The notes below the pieces were generated by a model. The model saw nothing but the letters and a program-made list of their open reading frames with translations, was not told the DNA's origin and ran no database searches. The translations under genes were made by a program, and so were the position numbers. This document shows positions 55,518 through 64,000 of a DNA stretch of 64,000 nucleotides, in pieces. The stretch lies in the NCBI GenBank assembly GCA_022711755.1, contig JAKLEA010000010.1:128899-192898 (forward strand). Direction: 5' to 3'. This DNA is from Planctomycetota bacterium. GTDB lineage: Bacteria; Planctomycetota; Brocadiia; SM23-32; JAKLEA01. Each line of letters begins with the position of its first letter. Positions within the stretch are counted from its first letter, which is position 1.

Positions 55518-56861
55518 TCACAATCGCCAGGGGCTGCGCATCGCGCGATTGAGCATCCGCGACGCCTCTTCATCCCCTAAAATAGTCTCTTTGACCGGGT
55601 CCCAACGGATCTTGCGCCCCGCGCGTATGGCGATGTCGCTTAGGTGGCTGATGGAGTCGGAACGCACGGCGACGTCTATCGTGCAGACGGTCGGAGAGCG
55701 GCTTTTAACGCAGTCCAGCAGGTTCTGGCCGTGGTTGGCGCTGTCGTAAAGCCGCGTCTCCTCCGGCCCGATAGTGGAATGGAGCAGTTGCGGAGGATCG
55801 GCGTAAAGCCCGCCGCGGTCAACGCTGATCCAGCCCTCTGAACCTATGAATGTCGTGCCGTGCCCCTCGAATCGGCGATAGGCGGCGACAACGGGTTGGG
55901 CGACATTTGCGCTCATGAACCGCATACGAAGACCGTCGGCGTATGCGCACCAGACGTCCCACTCCAGGGCCGTATCATAAAGCCCCTCGTTCGGGAACGT
56001 CCCTTGCCCCTCATATTCCACCGGGCCGGTATTTTCCGTATCGCTGCCCCAGAGGGCGATATCGAGCGGGTGGGATCCCCAGCCGGCGATATAGCCCAGG
56101 GCGTAGTCGGAGATGAAGTAGGCGCCCAGATTGGTGCAGCGGTCCGTGGTATAGGGCGCTTCCGGCGCGGGGCCGAGCCAGAGGTCATAATCGAAGCCCT
56201 CCGGAACCGGCGCGGGCGCGACGGAGCCGCCCGCGCTGCCGCCCGGCGCCCAGACGTGCATCGTGTGCAGCCTGCCGATGCGGCCGTTGCGCACAAGTTC
56301 GCAGGCCTGCCGGAAATGAAACTGCGAGCGCTGCTGAGTACCATACTGGAAGACCGTGCCGTAGCGGGCGCACGTCTCGCGCAGAGCCATGTCCTGGGCC
56401 AGGGTCAGCCCCAGCGGCTTCTCGACGTAGATGTCCTTCCCGGCCTTCGCCGCCAGCATCGCGGCGGGAACGTGCCAGTGGTCGGGCGTGGCGATGATGA
56501 CGGCATCAATGTCCGTCCGGGCCAGCATTTCCCTCAGGTCGTTGTAGACGGCGCAGCCCTTGTAGACGCCGCCGGCCTTGTCGCGGGCATAGTGGGACTC
56601 GATTTCCGCCGCGCGCTCATCCCGGCGCGACATCCTGGGATCGCACACGGCGACAGACTGGGCGCCCGGCAGGTTCAGGAAGCCTCTGAGCAATCCGGAT
56701 CCCTGATTTCCCACGCCGATGTGACCGAGCGTTATCCGCTCCCCGGCGGGAGGGGTTAGGGCATCCCCGAGCGCCTTAGACGTGATCACGTGGCGGGCTG
56801 ATACGATCCCCGCGCCCTTTGCGAGGACATTCTTCAACAGGCGGCGTCGCGTGAGATTCAT
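55518..56861 (-). CDS. Tat-exported Gfo/Idh/MocA-like oxidoreductase (third paralog)
   Basis: Tat-like N-terminus TRRRLLKNVLAKGAG, with GHIGVGNQGSG and ATPDHWHV motifs. Its C-terminal half matches the 39851/41221 paralogs (RSPWRL end). Confidence 0.75.
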   Translation of the reverse strand: MNLTRRRLLKNVLAKGAGIVSARHVITSKALGDALTPPAGERITLGHIGVGNQGSGLLRGFLNLPGAQSVAVCDPRMSRRDERAAEIESHYARDKAGGVYKGCAVYNDLREMLARTDIDAVIIATPDHWHVPAAMLAAKAGKDIYVEKPLGLTLAQDMALRETCARYGTVFQYGTQQRSQFHFRQACELVRNGRIGRLHTMHVWAPGGSAGGSVAPAPVPEGFDYDLWLGPAPEAPYTTDRCTNLGAYFISDYALGYIAGWGSHPLDIALWGSDTENTGPVEYEGQGTFPNEGLYDTALEWDVWCAYADGLRMRFMSANVAQPVVAAYRRFEGHGTTFIGSEGWISVDRGGLYADPPQLLHSTIGPEETRLYDSANHGQNLLDCVKSRSPTVCTIDVAVRSDSISHLSDIAIRAGRKIRWDPVKETILGDEEASRMLNRAMRSPWRL

Positions 56862-59800
56862 GGCTTTGTCCGCTCCAGCAAGCTTGTTGCGGAAAGGCGC
56901 AACCCGTCGGAAGTCAAAACGGCGGGATCAGCCGCATCGCCCGTCTGCGTCTTGGCCTCATTAAGAAACTCGTCCATGTTGTATGTTCCGAACTCCTGGA
57001 TGCACGGACTTGGACCGTAGCGTCCGAAGATTCTCAGCTCGACGGTCGAGCAGCGCGCCGTGGGGAAGAAAAGCGCAAACTCACGGTTCTCATAATGCGC
57101 ATCCGTGATTGTGGCGACAACATTCCCGTCGCAGATCACGTCGAAGTCCCTGGGCGCGTAGTTCGGCGGTTGCTGTCCCATCTGGATGTGGCACAGGATC
57201 GTAATCGCATTGACGTCCGTTGGTTGCTTGTATGTGATTCGGTAGCGATAGAGATTGAGGTTGTCAGTTTCATCCCAGTATGTGACCGGATTGCCGTCAA
57301 TGCCTGCCTGATCCGGGCCGGACGCGCCGTCGGTGTCAATGCCGTCGGGGCTGTCTGCGGCGGCGGCAAGCGAAAGGTTCGTCGGTTTCTCGCGGCGCAG
57401 AAGAGCCTCGGCGGCGGCCTTGCGCGCCGATGGCGCTGCGGCCGCGGCAAAAGCCTTCCGAAGCGCGGCCCTGGCATCCTCCGGAGTTATGGACGGGCAT
57501 GCGGACGCGATCCGGGCCACTGCCAGGGCGGCCTCGTCGGTCAACTCCGGATCGCTTATGCAGTCTGCCGCAAGTTGCAGCGTTACCTGCGACGGGGCAT
57601 TGGCGATTCCGCCCAACAGGGCCTTCTTGTCGGCGGCAAGCGATGCGATTCCCATAGCCTCGGCGAACAGTTTCGCAGTCTCCTCCTGCGGGCGTTCTCC
57701 GGTCCTTCCCGCCAACTGGGCGACGCCACGAAGCGCCAGCGCCTTCAAGGCGGGATCGTTGCAGGAGCGCGCGAAGTCCAGCAGATCGGTCATCGGCGCA
57801 GAATCAGACCAGTCCCCCAGCGCTCGCGCGGCCGCCGCGCGGACTGCTTCATCCCCATCCTTGAGCGACTCGCGCGCCGCCGCCAATGCCTTCCCTCCTC
57901 CTATGCCGCACAGCGCCCGCAACAGTGAAGCTCGAACACCGGGGTCCTTGTCGGGCAGCGCCTTCAGGATCGGTTCCGCAGCCGCGTCCGGCTCGCCTGA
58001 CTTCCTGCAGATCGCGGCCAGCGAATTCTCGATGTTTCTCCGCTCGCTGTCGTTGGGCGTGTTATGGAGGAGACTCAGGAGTTCCGGAATCGCGGATGCG
58101 TCGCCCAGCGCGCCCGCCGCGCGCAGCGCCTCCCTGCGGACGTTCGGGTCCCGGCTCTTTGCCATCCTGAGCGCGTCCGGCATCGCGGATGCCGCCCCTC
58201 GCTCGGCCAGGGCGATAAGCAACTCGCACTGGACCGCGGATTCGGACGCTTCCAGCAACCTGGCCATCTCGGCGTCCGCCTCCCTGTCCGGCAGTCGAAT
58301 CAGGCTTCTGCGAGCCAATCGCGTTTCAGCGTTGCCCTTCGCCGCCGCGAGCCGGGCCAGCAGCGCCACGCATGAAGCGTCGCCCGATTGCCCAAGCGCC
58401 CTGATCGCCGCCTTTCTGACATCGGGGTGATCGCTCTCCGCGGCGACGGCGATCGCCGACAGGCTCGCGCTGTCCCCATGGACTGCAAGGGCATCTATCA
58501 CGCCCAACTGCAACGATGGGGGACATAGGGGCATTTCCGCCGCCAGGGCGCGGACCAGGCCGGCGTCAGGCGCGTCTCGGGCGCACCGCAACGCAGCCGT
58601 CCGGAACGCCGGATCGCCATCCCGCAGAGCGGCCAGAATCCGTTCGCTCGATTTCTCCGGCTCACAAGCTATCAGGCCGGGAAATGCCGCTGTGCGGATG
58701 TGCCTCGGTTTCTCCGCCGCCGACATCTCACGGTAGATTGCCAGGGCTTCGGCAATTTTGCCTGCCCTCCGAAGAGCGTCCGCGCAACACAAAAGCGCGT
58801 TGTCGCACAACGGCTGGAGCTTGCCGGGAACGGCGCAACGTCTCAATGCGTCGGTCGCCGCCGGATTTGCGATCCTGCCCAGGGCGTCAATTGCGGCCCC
58901 GGCGACGATCGGATCGGGATCGTTGAGGCGTTCCGAGATGGCGGGAACGGCAGTCTCGTCACGTCGCGCGCCGAGGCTGTTGATGACCCCCGCAAGCAGC
59001 GATCCCTGAAGCCTGCCGAGCGCTCCCCGCAGCGTGGCTGACGCCTCTTCCCCGGGAATCCTTTCAAGCGACTGGCGGGCGTAAAATGAAAGATCCTTAT
59101 CCTCAAGCAGCGGAAGGAGCGCGGGGATATCCTCCGGAGATCCGATCAGGGACAACTGCCTGCAGACGAACTTCTTGCATTCCAGCGTCGCGCCTGAGTT
59201 CAGCAGGGCGACCATTCCCCCGCGCAGACGTTTGCGCAGCCCAGGGCAGGTTTCCGCGCCGTGAGTCAGCGTCTCGACAAGAATAAGCGCATCGCGATTC
59301 TGTCCGAACTGATAACCGGCGATGGCCTTCAACGCCGAATCCGCGTCCACAGCCGCAAGCTCCCCCGCCTGGGCGGTCTCCGGCCAATTTTCGGCCGGGG
59401 GTATCGTGGCCATGCCCGTCGCCGCCCATTCCGCCGACCGGCAAAGGATCGTCTGCCATGCCGGATTGCGCATCGCGTTGGCGTCGTGGCCCAAAACGAT
59501 GTCCGCGCATCGCCCCTTACCGAAGGATGTTGTGAGCAGAACCGGCTCCAGGTTTCCCGTCCCGCCCTTGTCGGCGTAGGATAATGCGGCGCACAGAACA
59601 TTGGCGGCGGGCTGGACCGGGACGCGATGCCACAGTTCATCGGTAATCCAGAAATCCCTAAGCCCCCGGGTCACGGGATGATTGGCATCCGAAATGGAGA
59701 CGGGAAACGTGTTTATGCTGCCGTGGCCGGTATCCTTGCCCCATGTCGTACATACGATCTGCTGGAATTCCGGCCAATTCTGGAAGGTGGCGGTCGCCGC

Positions 59801-60247
59801 GTGGATGACCACCAGCCCGCCGCCCTCCCGCATGTAATCCAGAAACGCCTGTTCCAGCGCCGGGGGCCAGATTCTATCGTTCACGTTCGGAAAATTGGTC
59901 CAGTTGCTGACAATCACGTCGTAGCGCGGCAGCATGGCGGGATCCATCTTCTCAGGTTGCTCTGTCACATCCACGGAGAATCGTCCGACGGCCTCCAGTT
60001 CCGCCTTCACCACTGGAGTGGTGGAGCGCCAGTCGTGGTTGTTGGCCCCGCTCAGCAGCAAGACCCGGATGACGGGTTTCCCGGCCTCGCTCTTCGCGTT
60101 CGGCTGAGCCGAGGCGAGGGGTGGGGCGACGTCGGCGCATTGTTGCGCACATCCCATAAGCGCCAGCAGCAATGCCCCCGGAAGAGGCATCCATCGGATG
60201 ACGTTGTGCGCATTTCGCATTGGCTTCATGTCCGTATTTCCCATCAA
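56858..60247 (-). CDS. large lipoprotein: ThuA-like N-terminal domain + HEAT repeats + C-terminal F5/8 type C (discoidin) domain
   Basis: Lipobox LMGCAQ. N-terminus VIRVLLLSGANNHDW...GGGLVVIHAATATF is ThuA-like. The central region has HEAT/PBS-like repeats sharing the CKKFVCRQL motif with the 36612 gene. The C-terminus GNPVTYWDE..NAITILC...RIFG is discoidin-like. Confidence 0.65.
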   Translation of the reverse strand: MMGNTDMKPMRNAHNVIRWMPLPGALLLALMGCAQQCADVAPPLASAQPNAKSEAGKPVIRVLLLSGANNHDWRSTTPVVKAELEAVGRFSVDVTEQPEKMDPAMLPRYDVIVSNWTNFPNVNDRIWPPALEQAFLDYMREGGGLVVIHAATATFQNWPEFQQIVCTTWGKDTGHGSINTFPVSISDANHPVTRGLRDFWITDELWHRVPVQPAANVLCAALSYADKGGTGNLEPVLLTTSFGKGRCADIVLGHDANAMRNPAWQTILCRSAEWAATGMATIPPAENWPETAQAGELAAVDADSALKAIAGYQFGQNRDALILVETLTHGAETCPGLRKRLRGGMVALLNSGATLECKKFVCRQLSLIGSPEDIPALLPLLEDKDLSFYARQSLERIPGEEASATLRGALGRLQGSLLAGVINSLGARRDETAVPAISERLNDPDPIVAGAAIDALGRIANPAATDALRRCAVPGKLQPLCDNALLCCADALRRAGKIAEALAIYREMSAAEKPRHIRTAAFPGLIACEPEKSSERILAALRDGDPAFRTAALRCARDAPDAGLVRALAAEMPLCPPSLQLGVIDALAVHGDSASLSAIAVAAESDHPDVRKAAIRALGQSGDASCVALLARLAAAKGNAETRLARRSLIRLPDREADAEMARLLEASESAVQCELLIALAERGAASAMPDALRMAKSRDPNVRREALRAAGALGDASAIPELLSLLHNTPNDSERRNIENSLAAICRKSGEPDAAAEPILKALPDKDPGVRASLLRALCGIGGGKALAAARESLKDGDEAVRAAAARALGDWSDSAPMTDLLDFARSCNDPALKALALRGVAQLAGRTGERPQEETAKLFAEAMGIASLAADKKALLGGIANAPSQVTLQLAADCISDPELTDEAALAVARIASACPSITPEDARAALRKAFAAAAAPSARKAAAEALLRREKPTNLSLAAAADSPDGIDTDGASGPDQAGIDGNPVTYWDETDNLNLYRYRITYKQPTDVNAITILCHIQMGQQPPNYAPRDFDVICDGNVVATITDAHYENREFALFFPTARCSTVELRIFGRYGPSPCIQEFGTYNMDEFLNEAKTQTGDAADPAVLTSDGLRLSATSLLERTKP

Positions 60248-60540
60248 ATTGCCTGCCGCCTTCTACAGGCGGTGATAATAATTGACGGCGCCCCGGCGCG
60301 CCACTGTCCTTATGCGGATTCCCTCCAACCGGCCATGTAATTCCAGTTTGTTTGGGTAATCCGGCATGGCAACCCGCTATTGTATATCATTTGCCTTCCT
60401 CGCTGCTCTTCCTGGATTGCTTCTTGCCGGGCCGACGGCTCTGTGTACGCGTAGCATGCGCCAAGCCCGGCGCAACATTTGGGCCGAGGCGAGAAAATAT
60501 GAAACCATCCCGTCTTTTCCAAGCGCGCCCCAGACGCGCC

Positions 60541-61830
60541 TCATCCGATTAGATGGAGTCTCGTCTGCCGTCCGTCCAGGCAGGTTGCGCCGTCCCGGCG
60601 GAAAACGATGTCCTGCTCGCACGACATACTCACGAGCTGGCCTCCCCATTCCTGAACGGGATGGCGAACGCCGAGTTCCATCGTAAAGCAGGTATCGTAA
60701 TCGAGATTGACCTCCCCGCGCGCTCCAGTGTCGTTCTGCTCCCAGGGCAGGCCGATAAGCGGCCCTGGCTCGTGAAGGAAGCGGCCGACCGAGTGCGAGT
60801 AGATTCGAGGGTTGCTCAGTCCCGCTTCCCTGGCTTTGGCCAGCGCGGTATTGAGAATCTGATTTCCTGTCAGCCCCTGCCTGAATTCGCCCATGAAGAT
60901 ATCCTGGAGCCGGTTGGTCTGGGAGAGCGCGTCCCTGAGGCCTTGCGGCGCGTCCGATTCGCCCGTCCGCAGCACGTATGCGTTCTCCTGAAGGTCGGTT
61001 ATGAAGCGCATATAGATCAGACCCACGTCACAGTGGATCAGGTCGCCCTGGCGGATTACTCCGTCCGCCGGATCGAAACGTTTCTTCATTTCGTCGCTTC
61101 TCTGCACGTCGAAGAACGGCGTGAAGGAATACGTCAACCCCCTGTCGGCCAGGCTCTGCCAGAAGAACCACCTCAGGTCCGTCGTCGTCGTCACCCCCGG
61201 GGTGATGACCGATGTTGAGAAAGTCTCGGCGATTATGTGATGCGTCAGGCGCACAGCCTGCTCGTAGACCGGCAGCTCCTCCTCGATGAACGTCTCAAGC
61301 CACCTGACGCAGAGCTTCTCGGCGGATTCCATCCGCGCTGAAAGCTTAGGACCGAGGGCCGCAACCAGCCTTTCCTTGAGCGTCGCCGTCAGCCCGTCCG
61401 CAGCCCAGATAACGTCGGACTGGTTGATGCCGATACGCTTTGGGCGGCGATCCCGGAGGATTTTTACAAGCGTGGTCCACTGATCGTCCGCGGCGTTCAG
61501 GTCCCATTTCCTCTGATACATGTCCTTCAGGTTCGTCAGGGAAATGTTAAGGCGGTCAACTGTTCCGTCCGGGTTCAGGCAGAAGGCGATGATCTGGAGT
61601 ATCGGCGCCCAGGTGTCGAAGGGAATCATCGCATTGAAGACCGGGTCGTGATTGTCCTCGTTGCAGACAATGATCCAGGTGTCGAAACCGGTTTCCTGCA
61701 TGACCTGCGGAAGCAGGCGGTCAAGCCTGAGCCTGAGCAGGTCGTTGACGACGCGGGCCTGCTCGCGCACGGGCAGAATGCGCGGGCAGCTTGGAATGGA
61801 ACGCGGCAATTCGGGCGCGTGTGTTGACAT
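60541..61830 (-). CDS. M24 family metallopeptidase (Xaa-Pro aminopeptidase/creatinase-like)
   Basis: Pita-bread-fold motifs GDLIHCDVGLIYMRFITD and HSVGRFLHE, with E residues in the C-terminal part. Start chosen at MSTHAPE. Confidence 0.7.
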   Translation of the reverse strand: MSTHAPELPRSIPSCPRILPVREQARVVNDLLRLRLDRLLPQVMQETGFDTWIIVCNEDNHDPVFNAMIPFDTWAPILQIIAFCLNPDGTVDRLNISLTNLKDMYQRKWDLNAADDQWTTLVKILRDRRPKRIGINQSDVIWAADGLTATLKERLVAALGPKLSARMESAEKLCVRWLETFIEEELPVYEQAVRLTHHIIAETFSTSVITPGVTTTTDLRWFFWQSLADRGLTYSFTPFFDVQRSDEMKKRFDPADGVIRQGDLIHCDVGLIYMRFITDLQENAYVLRTGESDAPQGLRDALSQTNRLQDIFMGEFRQGLTGNQILNTALAKAREAGLSNPRIYSHSVGRFLHEPGPLIGLPWEQNDTGARGEVNLDYDTCFTMELGVRHPVQEWGGQLVSMSCEQDIVFRRDGATCLDGRQTRLHLIG

Positions 61831-61935
61831 CGGCACTCTCCTGCCAGTAGTTTGATCTTTGCCAGGGACGCTGAACAGCAACCATGTTAGACCGCCCCGC
61901 GAGGACGTTCAACACGCTTTCATTCGGACAATTAG

Positions 61936-63165
61936 ATGCCCTCAAAATTGAAGGTGACAGCCATGATGCTCCCGGTAATTTCCCTATGCGCTTCCGCGGT
62001 CGGCGGGGAGCTTCCGCCCAAGGCCGACCTTCGCCCCGAATTCATAGCCGCCGGTCTGACTCCGAAATCCCAGGGCAACCGGGGCACGTGCTCCCTGTTC
62101 GCAGTCGTCGGCGTCCTCGAATACGAATACGCGCAGGCCGGGGAGCAGAGCCTGCGGCTGTCCGAGGAATACGTCAACTGGGCGTCGCACAATTCCAACG
62201 GGCGACGCTCCGACGGGTCCTTCTTCTCCGATGCCGTCCGGGGGATGCGCATCTCCGGCGTCTGCCGGCAGGACCTGATGCCGTACGTCGCGCAATGGAA
62301 CGATTCTGTAGCTCCTTCTGTTGACGCGGTCAAGGACGCCGCAAAACGAACCGACATCGCCCCGCGCTGGATCAAACACTGGAACGTGAAGACAGGGCTG
62401 ACCACGGCGCAGATGCAGGCCATCAAGTCCGCCATCGCAGGCGGTCACCCGGTCGCAGTCGGGATGCGCTGGCCGAAGAACGTCCGCTTCGACGCTGACG
62501 GCGTCATTGCATATTCGGATGGCGACGAGGTTTTCGACGGGCACAGCATAGTCTACGTCGGCTACGAGGATGACGCGGCGAAGCCGGGCGGCGGGGTCTT
62601 CATCTTCAGGAATTCATCCGGGCCGGAATGGCGGGAGGCCGGCCATTCGCGGCTCTCTTACGCATACGTCCGCGAGTTCGCCAACGACGCGCTTGAGCTG
62701 CGCGTCGGGACGAGCGATAAACTGCCGCGAAACTCAGAAGCCGCCGATCCGGTCGAATTCGATGATATGAAGGCGGCTTCACCGGACGGCGTCTCCAGCG
62801 CCCGGCAAAGCATGGCTTCATGGGGAAAAGAGCTTTGGAGCGGCGGCGATCAGATCATCTGTCACGGCAGGCAGGGCGACGTGATCGAGTTCGAGTTCGC
62901 GGTTGACGCGCCCGGCGCGAAGGGTCTATGCCTTTTCGCCACCAAGGCCCCTGATTATGGAGTCGTCCAGGTTCGGCTTGACGGGCGGGACATGGGCGAG
63001 CCGATTGACCTTTACTCGCCGGAAGTGGTTCCCACCGGGAGGATCAATCTTGGAGACGTTCGGCTTGAGACCGGCGCGCATCGTATTGCCTTCACAATCA
63101 AGGGAAGAAATATCGAATCGTCGGGATGCGCATTCGGCCTGGACTGTATTGAACTGTCGCGTTGA
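61936..63165 (+). CDS. papain-like (C1 family) cysteine peptidase with a C-terminal beta-rich domain
   Basis: QGNRGTCSLFA (Gln-oxyanion and catalytic Cys), GHSIVYVGY (His) and FRNSSGPEW (Asn) form a catalytic triad pattern. A signal peptide-like N-terminus is present. The alternative start at 61963 is possible. Confidence 0.65.
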   Translation: MPSKLKVTAMMLPVISLCASAVGGELPPKADLRPEFIAAGLTPKSQGNRGTCSLFAVVGVLEYEYAQAGEQSLRLSEEYVNWASHNSNGRRSDGSFFSDAVRGMRISGVCRQDLMPYVAQWNDSVAPSVDAVKDAAKRTDIAPRWIKHWNVKTGLTTAQMQAIKSAIAGGHPVAVGMRWPKNVRFDADGVIAYSDGDEVFDGHSIVYVGYEDDAAKPGGGVFIFRNSSGPEWREAGHSRLSYAYVREFANDALELRVGTSDKLPRNSEAADPVEFDDMKAASPDGVSSARQSMASWGKELWSGGDQIICHGRQGDVIEFEFAVDAPGAKGLCLFATKAPDYGVVQVRLDGRDMGEPIDLYSPEVVPTGRINLGDVRLETGAHRIAFTIKGRNIESSGCAFGLDCIELSR

Positions 63166-63203
63166 GATTTGCGGTCATCACATATCGCGAGGCGCGTCCG
63201 AAG

Positions 63204-64000
63204 TCATGGCTTTGAGGATTTCCCCTGACTTTTCAGCATGGCGTCAATCTCAGAAATTTTGAATCGGGCGCAAACCACGGAATGCTTTTCAGCCCCGGGC
63301 CGATGCTTGATGTAGGTGGTGGCTATAATGGTCCCGTCGGGAAGCAATTCCATGCCGGGGTAGCCGCAATCCCCGCCGGCGTGGCTGTGCAGCAATTTGA
63401 CACGGCATTGCCCCGGTTTGCCCGGGCGGATGTCCTCATATTTCCCGATCCATGCGACAAAGTGGCCGAGCGTCGGACTCTCGAGGGCTTTGTCCCTGAA
63501 GGCGATCACAAGACGCCCATCAGCCGTATAAACGCCCATGTGCCGGTCGCCGGTCAGTCCCCATGCCGTATTCGCCGGTTCGCTCCATGTCGTGCCCTCG
63601 TCCCGGCTGAACATGACCAGGCTGCGCCCTTTGTGCGTGTTTTCGCGCATCAGGCAGCAAAGCTCCGCGCCATCCGGGGAGCGGAAGGCGAATGGCTCGC
63701 AGGCCAGCTTGCCCGGCACGTCGGCGGCGATGACCGGCTCGGACCACGTCAACCCACCGTCGCAGGTCGTCGTTTGCATTACTTGCAATGATTTGTCGCC
63801 CTGACCGCAGCGCCGGTGATACATCCCGAGATAACTGTTGTCCCTGAGCCGGATGACGGAGCTGAAGGTCATTACGCATTTGAACGCGTCGCCGAGAGGT
63901 TCCATTTCGCGCCATGTCGCCCCGCTGTCTTCGCTGACGATGCGCGGCATGAACGGCGGCAGACCTTTGCCCCCGGCGCAGGCTGAGAAAACCCACAACC
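63204..64000 (-). CDS. BNR/Asp-box repeat sialidase-like glycoside hydrolase, C-terminal part (gene continues beyond the window end)
   Basis: Three Asp-box motifs: [15 protein letters not shown] and SRDEGTTW. Confidence 0.7.
   Translation of the reverse strand, partial: LWVFSACAGGKGLPPFMPRIVSEDSGATWREMEPLGDAFKCVMTFSSVIRLRDNSYLGMYHRRCGQGDKSLQVMQTTTCDGGLTWSEPVIAADVPGKLACEPFAFRSPDGAELCCLMRENTHKGRSLVMFSRDEGTTWSEPANTAWGLTGDRHMGVYTADGRLVIAFRDKALESPTLGHFVAWIGKYEDIRPGKPGQCRVKLLHSHAGGDCGYPGMELLPDGTIIATTYIKHRPGAEKHSVVCARFKISEIDAMLKSQGKSSKP

Overview
This 64 kb window is high-GC (roughly 60-65 % by eye) and gene-dense. Its gene content resembles the PVC superphylum (Planctomycetota, Verrucomicrobiota or Kiritimatiellota-like): many DUF1080 proteins, Tat-exported Gfo/Idh/MocA oxidoreductases, HEAT-repeat/PA14/discoidin lipoproteins, a ThuA domain and an FG-GAP giant protein. 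I found no rRNA genes, CRISPR array, transposase, integrase or phage genes, and no convincing tRNA gene. Only a tRNA T-arm-like fragment is present at 25369-25400.

Housekeeping content is prs, argS, holA and dnaA. dnaA lies on the minus strand, with an upstream ~1.1 kb ORF-free region whose AT-rich distal part is a candidate oriC. Envelope and polysaccharide genes include a GT4 glycosyltransferase, two NAD-dependent epimerase/dehydratases, an acyltransferase and a DegT aminotransferase.

The rest is a large carbohydrate-active region. Its most unusual part is a tightly overlapping minus-strand operon at 25736-35284. It couples a Tat-exported periplasmic Gfo/Idh/MocA oxidoreductase to a membrane-anchored heptaheme cytochrome c and a cytochrome b. 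It also encodes an ApbE flavin transferase, a GT-C membrane glycosyltransferase-like protein, a discoidin-domain protein and DUF1080/ThuA proteins. I read this as a candidate respiratory-linked 3-keto-glycoside oxidation module, and it is my best candidate for an undescribed system.

Nearby are System II cytochrome c biogenesis genes (ccsA, resB), three more Tat-Gfo/Idh/MocA paralogs, two DUF4091-like putative glycosidases, and an orphan glycyl radical enzyme with no activase in the window. Several non-coding structured elements are also present: REP-like GC-rich hairpin clusters, a nested inverted-repeat element with DnaA-box-like arms, and a perfect 19-bp hairpin.
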